DNA of 63,234 bases, counting the filler, from Octopus bimaculoides (taxonomy: Eukaryota): assembly GCF_001194135.2 (NCBI RefSeq). It is 6 parts of 6 records of this genome, joined end to end, with 100 filler letters (N's around TTAATTAATTAA, not from the genome) between each part and the next. Parts side by side here need not be neighbours in the genome. Positions count along the whole stretch, not along the records: positions 40,944 to 55,812 come from NC_068998.1; positions 55,913 to 61,913 come from NC_068981.1; 4 more parts are not named here. The stretch is one strand, 5' to 3'. A program made the position numbers and the translations under genes. The notes beneath the pieces were generated by a model. It did no database searches. It had not been told where the DNA came from and worked only from the letters and a program-made list of their open reading frames with translations. Positions 48,941 through 61,913 of this stretch are shown one piece after another (position 1 is the first letter of the stretch; every line of letters starts with the position of its first letter).

Positions 48941-49154
48941 TACAATGGGTGCTGAAAAGTTCCTGGCTCTCAGGGTTTCGCGAAGGGCTTAATTGGAGGC
49001 CCAACCTCCCGAGTTCTTTTACAGGGCTTAGAAAGCATGAAGGACCGCTGCAATGAGTGTGGGAATCTGAGAGGCGGGAAATATGTTGAATAAAATCATA
49101 ATTATCAGATTCTCCAGTATTTTCTTTTACGCAAAGCCAGGAACCTTTCAGCAT
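48941..49154 (+). mobile_element. Internally deleted mariner (MITE-like) with both TIRs
   Basis: tgctgaaaagttcctggct / agccaggaacctttcagca TIRs; C-terminal ..GGKYVE* type end. Confidence 0.8.
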
Positions 49155-49199
49155 GGAGAGTCAGACAGTCAAACAGAGACAAAGTAGACAAGAGAGAAA

Positions 49200-49599
49200 G
49201 AGCACTTTTGGCGTCATGCAATCGCCCAAATAAAGGGCGTTGGGTGAATTACAGTGTGCGAACGCAGTCAGATGCTTGCTGTGTCCATTCCTGGCCGTGG
49301 CTTGGTAGGCCCCGTTGCAGCTGTCCATGTCACGTCTTACAGCCTTAACAGTATTCACAAAGCGTTGAGCAGCAGTCAAGATGACGGCATTTTTATACCT
49401 GGCGCGAATCACCATGATATATGTAACTCTTTTCCAATATTCAGATGGCTTCTTGTCCTCCATGTCAGCTAACATTTCCTCAATTACAACTTCAATATTT
49501 ATACACTCTCCAGCATAGTTGACTGTTCACTAATACATCAAGCATTTTCTGAAAAAAAAAAGGGACATAAAAAACCCGTCCAATTCAGTCTCACACCCT
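49200..49599 (-). mobile_element. maT/DD37D-like transposon 5' remnant
   Basis: TA-flanked agggtgt.. end at ~49599; N-terminal EYWKRV..HSK..DCVRT..F similar to the 56490-57113 element. Confidence 0.55.
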
Positions 49600-49698
49600 A
49601 TACATACATACATACATACATACATACATACACACACATATATATAGATATATATCTATATCTGTCTGGCTTTCTCTGTCTTTCTGTGTGTGTGTGTG

Positions 49699-49753
<55 letters not shown>

Positions 49754-50007
49754 NNNNNNNNNNNNNNNNNNNNNNNNNNNNNNNNNNNNNNNNNNNNNNN
49801 NNNNNNNNNNNNNNNNNNNNNNNNNNNNNNNNNNNNNNNNNNNNNNNNNNNNNNNNNNNNNNNNNNNNNNNNNNNNNNNNNNNNNNNNNNNNNNNNNNNN
49901 NNNNNNNNNNNNNNNNNNNNNNNNNNNNNNNNNNNNNNNNNNNNNNNNNNNNNNNNNNNNNNNNNNNATATATATATATATATATACATATATACATATA
50001 TATAATG

Positions 50008-50160
50008 TTACCTTTTACTTGTTTCAATCATAAGACTGCAATCATGCTCGTTTCAATCGAACAAATCGACCACAGGGTTTATTTTAAAATGTGGAGTGCC
50101 TATTCTATCGTCTCTTTTGCGGAACCGCTAAGTTATGGAGACATGCAATTGAATGTATCC
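50008..50160 (-). mobile_element. Family A SINE 3' fragment
   Basis: ttttacttgtttcaatca..gaacaaatcgacc..ttttgcggaaccgctaagtta. Confidence 0.75.
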
Positions 50161-50329
50161 TCCATTTTAAACATGCTTCTACATTTCACATACACCAATA
50201 ATTCATAAATCAAATTTCTGAAGTGCTTCACTCTTAGTCGCACTGAAGAAGATCAACTAAAGAACAGCCTGCAAGGTTTTTTAAAAATCACCAATCTCGA
50301 CAGACTAGACAGTGTTTACTTATGTAAGA

Positions 50330-51680
50330 ATATTATTTAAAACGTAAAGGATGCTTCCATGCATCACACAGCGGCCACGTTCTCCTCCCTCCCAAACTGC
50401 AACTAAAACTTTCAGCCCCTTTACCAACTTTTGATATCCTCCTGTCAACGTCTAAGCAATGATGCTTCACTAATAAATATTCTTGCACAGGATCTTCTGT
50501 ATTTGTTGCTTGCTTTGCAATTAAATCCCCACTGTATAGACCGGGAAAATCTCTTCCTAGCCTAACCCGTTCTATTCCACCAAGTTCACTACTATATACA
50601 CACGCTGATGAAAAGCAAAATTTCCTCAGGTGACTTCGAACTAAGAAAATCATTGGACCTGACAGTTACTCACTTCCATTATAAACATCAAACAATGTAC
50701 TCCAGAGTAGTTCCTCTCTTTGCCATTGTCTTTAATCTCTGTCTCGCTACAGGGATCTATTCTGACTGTCATTGACAACCATCTATAACGTCTTGAATCT
50801 CTCTTCTAGTTCGGCCATCAATGTAACACTAGTCATTCTGAGTCACTCACTAGTGAGCCTTCATCTGTTAAAGATTCGGTAAAAACAATATTGCAATCCA
50901 TATGCAAAAAAAACATTCCGCGTTGTTCCAAAACTTTTCACCGTGTCTGACATGTGAATCTCTCATGTGTATCTGTTTATTTGCCGTCTCTAAATTCTCA
51001 CCAGATTGAACCGTCGTTACGTGTGACTATGGAACTCTATGTGATGCACGCTGTTTCAGTTCTGGTTCCGTTTTGTATCAGACACTCTTCCTACTATATA
51101 CCACCGACTTTTCGTTCTTTTACCTTCAGCTATCTTATCTTATCACCTTTCGCTTCTCCGCAACGCCATTCACATGTAACGTTGATAGATAATGTCAAAC
51201 GCGCTCTGAATGTATATACAAAACTCAAAAAAATTTTGTCTTCTTCAACAATATTAAAGCTCAGTTACTGCACATATCAAGTTCACAATGTTTCACTCCT
51301 CTCACTCCAATCTACTCATGAACAGCACGCAAGTATAGCTATCAAAGTCACTTTCAGCGCTTGGTCTTCCTCGTAAGAGTGCATCTCTGCAGATAATCAC
51401 ACATTCTTAATGCAATCTAAAGATTACATCACAATCAAGGACCTTCCAATTCAGTACCACAAAATAGTTCACTCACCAAAAACTATAAAGCTTTTACAAT
51501 GTGACACATGGTAACATACTGCTTCTGCATCTGGGACGGTGCTGTTATTAAACATACAAACATCTTGGATCGCATCGTTTGGCAGGTTACTCGGCAAGTT
51601 AATGTGGAATCACCAATACAACTCTAGCCTCTAACCCACAAACGAACTATCTGCGTTTCCCTCTTCCCCATCTCTCTCTT

Positions 51681-51739
<59 letters not shown>

Positions 51740-51960
51740 ACCTTATAGATCGCTACTTACAGGACTCTATTCCTCGGAACTGGTAGTTCTGCCATCTCCA
51801 CTCAAGCTCACATTACAAATTCATTCCCTTCCTCGTGAAATTCATGTGTGCCACTTCTTGCCCTTGTATTAACCAGTTCTTCCAGTCCTATCTTCTCAGA
51901 ATGCCATCCTTCAAAAACTTCCTTCTAACCCATGTTTCCTTAGAACCCTCAACTTGTAGC
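50330..51960 (+). mobile_element. Very old L2/CR1-like LINE remnant
   Basis: RTKKIIGPDS (pre-RT K..GPD motif); RYLQGLYSSEL near the C-terminus; interrupted by (TTTC)n at 51686-51738. Confidence 0.4.
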
Positions 51961-52718
51961 TAGCTTTTCAATTGTTTATCGCGATTATTTATGTTTGTAT
52001 TCATATTCTTTTCTATTTCTCTGTTTTTTTTTTTTTTGTCTTTTTTAAAAACTCTTCCTGTAAGGGAGGAGCTGGTTTCTAACAAAGATACAAAGTTCCA
52101 CTGTTGGAATATGAATAACAAAAGCAAATTCACATTTTGAGCTCGAGACAGACTTGCATATTTTTACTGGTCCACGTATAGATTGTATTTGTATTATGAG
52201 TGTCAGCAGGTTGATTTATTTTTTGAAAGCCATTGTTTTTCCAAGCTGTCGCTAAGGCAACTACTCGCAAAACCAGGAGCACCAGTTATTATTGGTATAA
52301 ATGTGAATTCATAATAGGATTTATAGATGCTGAAGGTGTCGAAGCAGTTGTTCCCAGTCATCTTTCTCATTGATTCTCAAAGAGATATTCATATCAACAG
52401 AGCAAATGACCTCTATGACGGTACATATTTTTCTTGTCCATTTGTGTCATACAACGATATCCAGCCAGTTATGTTTGCACTTGGTAAAAGTTTTGATGGG
52501 AATTTTTTACCAGTATTCCTTGTTTTCATGTTTGTGTATCTATATATTTATGTATTTGCATGTATCTATCCCTTTCTTTCTCTTTCCCTCTTTGTATGAA
52601 TTTGTGCACACATATACGTACATACACACACATATCTATATATCTATCTTTCTCTCTGTCTGTCTGTCTGTCCGTCCGTCCGTCCGTCCGTACGTCTGTC
52701 CGTCCGTCTATCTATCTA

Positions 52719-52751
<33 letters not shown>

Positions 52752-53434
52752 NNNNNNNNNNNNNNNNNNNNNNNNNNNNNNNNNNNNNNNNNNNNNNNNN
52801 NNNNNNNNNNNNNNNNNNNNNNNNNNNNNNNNNNNNNNNNNNNNNNNNNNNNNNNNNNNNNNNNNNNNNNNNNNNNNNNNNNNNNNNNNNNNNNNNNNNN
52901 NNNNNNNNNNNNNNNNNNNNNNNNNNNNNNNNNNNNNNNNNNNNNNNNNNNNNNNNNNNNNNNNNNNNNNNNNNNNNNNNNNNNNNNNNNNNNNNNNNNN
53001 NNNNNNNNNNNNNNNNNNNNNNNNNNNNNNNNNNNNNNNNNNNNNNNNNNNNNNNNNNNNNNNNNNNNNNNNNNNNNNNNNNNNNNNNNNNNNNNNNNNN
53101 NNNNNNNNNNNNNNNNNNNNNNNNNNNNNNNNNNNNNNNNNNNNNNNNNNNNNNNNNNNNNNNNNNNNNNNNNNNNNNNNNNNNNNNNNNNNNNNNNNNN
53201 NNNNNNNNNNNNNNNNNNNNNNNNNNNNNNNNNNNNNNNNNNNNNNNNNNNNNNNNNNNNNNNNNNNNNNNNNNNNNNNNNNNNNNNNNNNNNNNNNNNN
53301 NNNNNNNNNNNNNNNNNNNNNNNNNNNNNNNNNNNNNNNNNNNNNNNNNNNNNNNNNNNNNNNNNNNNNNNNNNNNNNNNNNNNNNNNNNNNNNNNNNNN
53401 NNNNNNNNNNNNNNNNNNNNNNNTATATATATAT

Positions 53435-53580
53435 GGGAGAATGTACGAAAAAACAACAACAGACGAGGACAGGTGGTGTAAATAACAAAAGGATGTATTA
53501 GTATGACGCTCGGGAATACGGAAAGTCTTTGACGTTTAGAGCTACGCTCTTCAACAGAAAGAATACGGAGACAAGGAGAA
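53435..53580 (-). mobile_element. PLE-type terminal fragment with hammerhead-like motif F3 (53526-53562)
   Basis: UCUUU-CUGUUGA-A-GAGC(GUA)GCUC-UAAAC-GUC-AAAGA; homologous to 57694-57930 and 56375-56450. Confidence 0.6.
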
Positions 53581-53603
53581 AAACACATATATGTATATGT
53601 ATA

Positions 53604-53980
53604 TAAATACAGTGTATATTTAAACACATAAGAGATGGCCATAATAGGACATCTAACACGCTAGAAAGAGTAGTCAAAATCCAAACCACTATTAGGGGTA
53701 ATTTCGAAGGGAATAGAATTTAAAACATTTACCATCTTTCTCTTGGACCATTTATATGCTAATCTTGGCGCTCCTGCTGATGAAAACTTCGTCTGGCAAA
53801 TTACTTTATTGGCTAAATAGAGTTTGAAACTATGGTCCAGGAGAAAGATGGTAAATGGTTTTATTTTTTATTCCCATCGAAATTACTCCTAATAGTGGTT
53901 TGTATTTTGACTACTCTTTCTAGCGTGTTAGATGTCCTATTATGGCCATCTCTTATGTGTTTAAATATACACTGTATTTA
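53604..53980 (+). mobile_element. Fold-back element: ~148-bp inverted arms (53604-53751 and 53832-53980) around an intact hammerhead
   Basis: First ~70 bp of the arms are perfect reverse complements; few mismatches elsewhere. Confidence 0.9.
53771..53843 (+). ncRNA. Type-I hammerhead ribozyme, family F2, canonical core, predicted cleavage after C53837
   Basis: CUCCUG-CUGAUGA-AAACU..AGUUU-GAAAC-UAUG-GUC-CAGGAG: perfect 6-bp stem I, 5-bp stem II, stem III AC/GU, and self-complementary ACUAUGGU for dimer pairing. Confidence 0.88.
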
Positions 53981-54492
53981 CATGAATAATATATAGTCTA
54001 TTGACTAGTTTTCTACATGCTAGGCCACTGGTAGTAAAAATTTCTAAAATGTTTCCTACCCTGATATTTATTAATATGTACGTATATATATACATATATA
54101 CACACATATATATGTATATATNNNNNNNNNNNNNNNNNNNNNNNNNNNNNNNNNNNNNNNNNNNNNNNNNNNNNNNNNNNNNNNNNNNNNNNNNNNNNNN
54201 NNNNNNNNNNNNNNNNNNNNNNNNNNNNNNNNNNNNNNNNNNNNNNNNNNNNNNNNNNNNNNNNNNNNNNNNNNNNNNNNNNNNNNNNNNNNNNNNNNNN
54301 NNNNNNNNNNNNNNNNNNNNNNNNNNNNNNNNNNNNNNNNNNNNNNNNNNNNNNNNNNNNNNNNNNNNNNNNNNNNNNNNNNNNNNNNNNNNNNNNNNNN
54401 NNNNNNNNNNNNNNNNNNNNNNNNNNNNNNNNNNNNNNNNNNNNNNNNNNNNNNNNNNNNNNNNNNNNNNNNNNNNNNNNNNNNNNNNNNNN

Positions 54493-54528
<36 letters not shown>

Positions 54529-56152
54529 ACATATATACATACATGCATGCATGCATGCATACATACATACATGCAAATTTAGTCAATGATAGCCTTCCAG
54601 AATTGTTGTTGTTGTTGTTGTCCTTGTTGAGTAAGCTTATAATCTAAAGTATTTGGGGCGTCCTGTGGAACGACCTAGAAAGATAAAATATTCATCTTTT
54701 TTTTCTTTCCAAACCTAAGATATCTAAGATTACATCACATAACATCTTTTCTTTTTTAATGTCTCTAGTGTGGGATTTGAAGAGTCGTGACTTGGTTGCT
54801 ATCTCACATAGATGGAGTATTCAGGTAGACGCTCCTTTGTTAAGCATTATTGTTTCGAATGCTAAAGAGGAATTACTGCGATTCTAAATCGTAAGCTAAT
54901 CATGAGTGAAGCAAATGGATTTGCTTCCTCTAAAATTAATATTAAAAAATTAATATTAAAAGTCTAATGCTTTAGATATTGTTTGGAATACGCTTTTGAC
55001 AAATATTAGACTATTGAAGCAAATATTAGTCTGGTATTGTGAAAAATTAAGGTAGCTACAACAAATTACAACTTCGAAGAGTAGATCTTGTTTCAACTTT
55101 TGCTGACACTCGCTGTTTTTGTTACTAGCTATGTTTCAACCATGACACAATGTATATTTGAATAAGCCACGCTCACTGCAATGGCAGTGAAATACATGCT
55201 GTTTCAAAAGATAAGGTAAGTTCTAAGGTACATCTCACTGATGCTCTGGGATCTCATTAGTGATCTCTCTAGGGTCTCAGTGGGGTTTGGGTCTTTCAAC
55301 ACCAGATTCCCTCGACCATTTAACTAAACCGGGGTTGATCAAATCCTTGCTTGCATCCCAGTAGTAGCAAATTACCGATCTGCCCTCGTTATTCAGACAC
55401 CTCGTGGCCCTCTCTGCAGCTTCAGTAATAGAATTTGTGGTCCTCGTCTTTGCTGCACCGGTAACTCCAACCTAATTTACAGCTTTGCAGAATGAATGCC
55501 TCCAAATATCTGGCAGCCCTCAATTGCCTCATAATCTATAATCCCAAATGTTTATCAATCAATATCTATAAAAGAGAGGATGTTTGTGTGTGTGTACGTG
55601 AATGTGGTTTATGCACGTCCACAAATTAGCACGCATGTCGCTCCAATTTTAGGAGAAGATTCGGAATGACCCTATGTGCATTTTAGTGAACTTTTTCTCT
55701 CAGAGGTACCCGCGTATACCTGTAAAAATCGATAAACTTTTACCAGTTTTGAAGTTTGTTGACATGGCGAAGTCAAATCTGTGCGTACGCACGTGAAAGA
55801 GAGAGAGAGAGANNNNNNNNNNNNNNNNNNNNNNNNNNNNNNNNNNNNNNNNNNNNTTAATTAATTAANNNNNNNNNNNNNNNNNNNNNNNNNNNNNNNN
55901 NNNNNNNNNNNNGGGTACACCCCCACCCCCACCCACCCATCCACACACACACAAGAACACATATATATATATGTGTATCTGTATATATACTCACATAAAT
56001 ACAAAACTCTATGTATCCCTGAAACACTCTCGTTCTCTATTCATCTATACATATATACACACACACATACATAAGTACATACATACACACATACATACAA
56101 ACATATATCCATGCATGTGCATAATGTATGCATGTATGTTTGTGAGTGCGTT

Positions 56153-56193
<41 letters not shown>

Positions 56194-56216
56194 ATGTTTA
56201 TATATCTGCAAGTGTG

Positions 56217-56261
<45 letters not shown>

Positions 56262-56374
56262 GTGTGCTGGTGCGCCTGTGCATGCATGCGTGTATGCATG
56301 CATGTATGCATGTATATACATATATAAATATATATATATTCTCTTATTCTTTTACTAGTTTCAGTCATTTAACG

Positions 56375-56450
56375 CTTGATGAAGAAAGAGAGCTTTTGAT
56401 GTTTCGAGCAGAGCTCTTCTTTGGAATGTCAAACGTGTAACTCCAAAGAC
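56375..56450 (-). mobile_element. Degenerate F3 hammerhead-like PLE end
   Basis: ..AAGA-A-GAGC(UCU)GCUC-GAAAC-AUC-AAAAG; 5' core decayed. Confidence 0.45.
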
Positions 56451-56489
56451 AGACTGCAGCCAATATATATACATGGTGCGTAAAGTATT

Positions 56490-57113
56490 TGAGGACGTAC
56501 CTTTTTTGTGTGATTGCTACATTTTTCGCTAACTCTGTATAATCTACAAAGTTTCAAAAGAATTTGAGACTGAAGATGGAAGCGTATCACCAGTATCAAA
56601 GCATAAAAAACATTCCAAACTTTCTGAAATCATCAGAACACCTGAATTTATCCAGCAAGTTCAACAGATCATTGATTACAATCCCAGAAATTCCATGAGG
56701 TCAATTGTAAAAGATTTCCATGAATCAGAAGGAACAGTCAGAAATGTTGTCCACAAAAACATCAGATCTAAGTCTTATACGATGAGGAAAAGTCAACTTA
56801 TCCGAGAAAGCAAAATAAAATCACTACATCAGATCTAAAAGTCCCTTAAACAAACTGAAAAATCTAGCAGAAGAAGATTTGATTGGGTTTTTCTCAAACG
56901 GGAAAAACTTCGATTTAGATGAAAAGGTTAACTGGAGAAATGACAGATGATTATGTGCAGATCTTTCTGAAGTTCCAAGTATTACGCATACTGAGTTTCT
57001 TGCAACTGTTATGGTTTTAGGGGTTGTCATCAATGAAGGACATGTATTGCCTCCTTACTTCTTTCCACGAGGTCTTAGAGTTAATTCTGCCGCTTATATT
57101 GAGGTCCTGGAAA
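56490..57113 (+). mobile_element. maT (DD37D) Tc1/mariner transposase remnant
   Basis: KKHSKLSEIIRTPEFIQQVQQIIDYNPRNSMR..FFSNGKNFDLDEKVNWRNDR..TVMVLGVVINEGHVLPPYFFPRGLRVNSAAYIEVLE. Confidence 0.92.
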
Positions 57114-57117
57114 TATG

Positions 57118-57152
<35 letters not shown>

Positions 57153-57693
57153 NNNNNNNNNNNNNNNNNNNNNNNNNNNNNNNNNNNNNNNNNNNNNNNN
57201 NNNNNNNNNNNNNNNNNNNNNNNNNNNNNNNNNNNNNNNNNNNNNNNNNNNNNNNNNNNNNNNNNNNNNNNNNNNNNNNNNNNNNNNNNNNNNNNNNNNN
57301 NNNNNNNNNNNNNNNNNNNNNNNNNNNNNNNNNNNNNNNNNNNNNNNNNNNNNNNNNNNNNNNNNNNNNNNNNNNNNNNNNNNNNNNNNNNNNNNNNNNN
57401 NNNNNNNNNNNNNNNNNNNNNNNNNNNNNNNNNNNNNNNNNNNNNNNNNNNNNNNNNNNNNNNNNNNNNNNNNNNNNNNNNNNNNNNNNNNNNNNNNNNN
57501 NNNNNNNNNNNNNNNNNNNNNNNNNNNNNNNNNNNNNNNNNNNNNNNNNNNNNNNNNNNNNNNNNNNNNNNNNNNNNNNNNNNNNNNNNNNNNNNNNNNN
57601 NNNNNNNNNNNNNNNNNNNNNNNNNNNNNNNNNNNNNNNNNNNNNNNNNNNNNNNNNNNNNNNNNNNNNNNNNNNNNNNNNNNNNNNNNNNNN

Positions 57694-57930
57694 AAAGAAA
57701 TAAAAGACGAAGATGGGTGTGTAAACAACAGACATATGTTTGAAGTTTAACGCTCGGGAAGTGAGAAAGTCTTTTACCTTTCGAGCCTACGCCCTTCGAA
57801 AGAAAGGAACACAGAAATAAATAGGCAGAGAAAATAGAAAATGGTTTTATGGCTAGCGATCTATCATGGCGAATGCCGAACAGAGGGGTCACACAGGAGA
57901 GCTAGGAAGGGCAGATAATAAGGTAGTGGT
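57694..57930 (-). mobile_element. PLE-type terminal fragment with degenerate F3 motif (57770-57806)
   Basis: CUUUCGA-A-GGGC(GUAG)GCUC-GAAAG-GUA-AAAGA; flank homologous to 53445-53570. Confidence 0.55.
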
Positions 57931-58137
57931 GATCCCAAAATGAAGATACGCGTGCGTGTGTATGTGAGAACGTGTATGTGCATGTGGAAGAGGACTGGTA
58001 ACATTTACATGTGCGTGTGTGCATGTGTAGGTGTGTGGATGATGGTATAGGTGCTGGGAAGTCTGTATTGAAAGTTGTTCTTTGCTATGGATATATATAT
58101 ATATATATATATATATATCTACTCACACTCACTCTTA

Positions 58138-58189
<52 letters not shown>

Positions 58190-58234
58190 NNNNNNNNNNA
58201 CACACACACACACATACACACACACTCATACACG

Positions 58235-58279
<45 letters not shown>

Positions 58280-59132
58280 GTATGTATGTGTGTCTGTGTA
58301 GGGGCTAGAAAATAACCAGGAGACACAAGATACGCTAAAGCCAAGCACAAGCATGCATTATATGAACTCATATTGCCGTGTAGTTGTGTTCGTGTGCGTG
58401 TGTGAACGAGAGAGTGTACACATCTCTTTAAAGATGGATTATTTTCCTAATGAAAGAACAAAAAATCAGATAAACATTAAGATAAATGGAAGAAAGTAGA
58501 GTCTGACGCTTGCTTCAAGGAATATCAACGAGACGAGATGTCCGAATGGAACTTTATAGAGAGTGGGCAGACAAAATATAGATTAGCTGAGATGTTTCTT
58601 GGAGTAAATTTGTGTGTGCCTGTTTAAATANNNNNNNNNNNNNNNNNNNNNNNNNNNNNNNNNNNNNNNNNNNNNNNNNNNNNNNNNNNNNNNNNNNNNN
58701 NNNNNNNNNNNNNNNNNNNNNNNNNNNNNNNNNNNNNNNNNNNNNNNNNNNNNNNNNNNNNNNNNNNNNNNNNNNNNNNNNNNNNNNNNNNNNNNNNNNN
58801 NNNNNNNNNNNNNNNNNNNNNNNNNNNNNNNNNNNNNNNNNNNNNNNNNNNNNNNNNNNNNNNNNNNNNNNNNNNNNNNNNNNNNNNNNNNNNNNNNNNN
58901 NNNNNNNNNNNNNNNNNNNNNNNNNNNNNNNNNNNNNNNNNNNNNNNNNNNNNNNNNNNNNNNNNNNNNNNNNNNNNNNNNNNNNNNNNNNNNNNNNNNN
59001 NNNNNNNNNNNNNNNNNNNNNNNNNNNNNNNNNNNNNNNNNNNNNNNNNNNNNNNNNNNNNNNNNNNNNNNNNNNNNNNNNNNNNACACACACACACACA
59101 CACATCTATGATAATTGTAAAACTTGGCTCAG

Positions 59133-59345
59133 TCGGCGAGCTGGCAGAATCATTTGAACGCAGGGCGAAACGCTTAGCGGTATTTCGTCTGTCTTATGTT
59201 CTGAGCTCAAATTCCGCAGAAATCGACTTTGCCTTTTATTCCTTTCGGGGTCGATAAATTAAGTATCGGTTGCTTACTGGGGTCGATCTAATCGACTGGC
59301 TCTCTTTCCCAAAATTTCAGACCTTGTGCCTAGATGAGAAAATAT
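59133..59345 (+). mobile_element. tRNA-headed SINE, family C
   Basis: cggcgagctggcagaatc..gagctcaaattcc..gactttgccttttattcctttcggggtcgat. Confidence 0.9.
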
Positions 59346-59599
59346 TGTGAAACATAGTTATTAATGGATATCAGCTATATTAATGGATACATTTTGAGAT
59401 CCACGAAACAAGAAGGGATGTGACTAACTTGAAAGTTGTAATTAGACACGATTGATGAAGACGTTAAAAATAAGCAGTGAATTTATATACACCATTAACG
59501 ATATACAAAAATATCTCTGTATAAACAAAGATATGACAAACCATGCAGATTTATACAGGTAATACTGTCTATCCATGTTAGAATACGTCTGTTCACTTT

Positions 59600-59732
59600 C
59601 ATACATGAATAGAAGCTACATACATACATCTATGCATGTATTTATATATGAATACAAGCACACATGCATTCATACATACATTCATGCACATACATACGCG
59701 CATAAACCAACACAAATATTCCCTTAATTCAC

Positions 59733-59797
<65 letters not shown>

Positions 59798-59892
59798 GCC
59801 ACATTCATGCACACATACACATACATAAATTCATATGTAGACATACATATACATATATACATATACATATATATATATATATACATATACAT

Positions 59893-59946
<54 letters not shown>

Positions 59947-60010
59947 GATTCATATATACTTACAAATATGCATATACTTACACATACATTTATACATTCA
60001 TTCATACATA
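59600..60010. repeat. AT/AC-rich compound microsatellite field
   Basis: Direct. Confidence 0.9.
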
Positions 60011-60720
60011 CAATTGTAATTGAAAGCCGTCTGATTGTTTCCGATGTTATAAATATTTTAAGCGGAATACTCCAAGGAGTCAACTTGTCTATACTTCTGT
60101 TTATTTTAGCACAAAAACAACTGTCATTTTTTTTTTTCCAAAAACTCCCCGATTATGTGCTAAAGTTTGCAACAACAAGAGATATCAATCTAACTCCTAA
60201 TGTCTTAGTGGACAATCTAAAGATCTATACTCGGAATATTTACAATACTGAGAAACAGCTGGATTTAGTAACATGCTCTGCTGTTGTACAGATGGATTTG
60301 GGCCAAACGAAATTTTCTTATTTGATAGTTGAAAGCTGAAAGCTTGTTTGTTTCCTCAAACACGAAGCTTCGCATTAATGTTTTTGCTATGTCTTCTATT
60401 CCACGAACACTAATATATTGATTAAGATATATTATACGAACGCACTAAAAACAAAGATAGATTGGTCAAAGAATATTATTACAGAGCTTGAAAAAAAAAA
60501 AGACATGACAGATACGTTGATTGGATTTCCTCTATAGACAAGTCGAGTGTCCCAAATGGATATTTGACTGGTCTATAGAGGAAATACGCTCCATAGACAT
60601 TAAAATCTCTAAGATGCTGACATTAACTGCACACCTTCACTAAATCAGTGCCATTGACAGACTCTATTGCAGAAGAAATAGGAGGAGAAAGAAAGGGAAT
60701 GTTTAAGATCAGTGTTGATA
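60010..60720 (+). mobile_element. R4/Dong-like non-LTR RT remnant
   Basis: [47 protein letters not shown]; downstream IDIKISKMLT..H..IDRLY..GG. Confidence 0.7.
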
Positions 60721-61408
60721 GTCTTTGAGTTTTGTGCGATATCACTTTGACGAAATCTGCTAAATATTGGCGGAAAAAAAAATACATCATTTAAATACTA
60801 AAAAGTAGAGAGGCGCATTCGTCAAGAATCCTTCATTTTCCGATGATTGCTCCTGCGATTTCCAGTAACTAACGTACCTCAAAAAAGTGATTTTGAAGAG
60901 AAACGTTCAGCGTACCGCAAATAGGTTATGTACAGCTGTTTTCTTTTAACTTGTGGGTGATAATAGTGTTAACATGGAGTGGTGCTTTTCTTGAAATCAC
61001 GGCCGTTTCATCAAAACACATTTCGTTATGATTTTTGCAATCCAAAAGTAAGAGGTAACTAATAAATACCAAATGAAGAAAAGAGACAGGGAAACACTTA
61101 AACACGCAAGATAGAGACTAGAATGTCGATAACGACACTTTCATTTGGAGGCTATTACACACGTGACCAGCAGCTTCCCCAAAATGTTATAATCGCAGCA
61201 TGATATTGTTGCTAAAACAATATACAGTACCGTCTGTAGGAAAGGGCCTTTCGTAAAAATCTCCCTTCATATTTTTCTGATATTTAACGAATTTTTCCAA
61301 GAAATTATAGAAAGACTCGAAGCGAAGTTCTAAACCATACACACACAGATACATACATACATACATACATACATTCATACATTCATACATATATACATAA
61401 ATACACAC

Positions 61409-61475
<67 letters not shown>

Positions 61476-61703
61476 CATATATAGACAAAAAGTGAAGGTA
61501 TAAAAAAACATTCCAGTACCGATTTCAGTCATGAAAACTTTTTCACCTGTAAGTATGGAAAACAATTAAATTTTGGAATAATTTTTTCCAATGAAAAGTT
61601 TTTTAAAAGAATATTTGCATAGTATTCAAATACAAGGGGCATTTTCCTTGTTTCTGTCTGTCTCTGTCTCTCTATACACACTCACATATTTAATATGCAT
61701 ATA

Positions 61704-61913
61704 TATTGGGTTGTCCGGAAAGTTCGTGCCGATTTATAGTAGCTTACCTTTCGACTTATTTGGCATGAAACGACCTCAATTCTGGGAAGAGGGTATTTTC
61801 AAGTTAAAGGAAAGATAGAGACGCATTGTGCAACAAAATGGTTCATATTTGGTTGATTAAAAATGTAATGGCAAGTATTTATTGACCTTTTTCTTTCCTT
61901 TAAAAATTGGCAC
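61704..61913 (+). mobile_element. Internally deleted mariner
   Basis: TIR tattgggttgtccggaaagttcgtgccgattt; FWEEGIFKLKER*..QNGSYLVD*; right TIR begins aaattggcac before the gap. Confidence 0.85.

Noticed and set aside
55050-55520. Faint LINE C-terminal-like peptides; also 1050-1450, 12200-12680 and 58400-58600
   Set aside because: The motifs are too degenerate to assign by eye; a profile search is needed.
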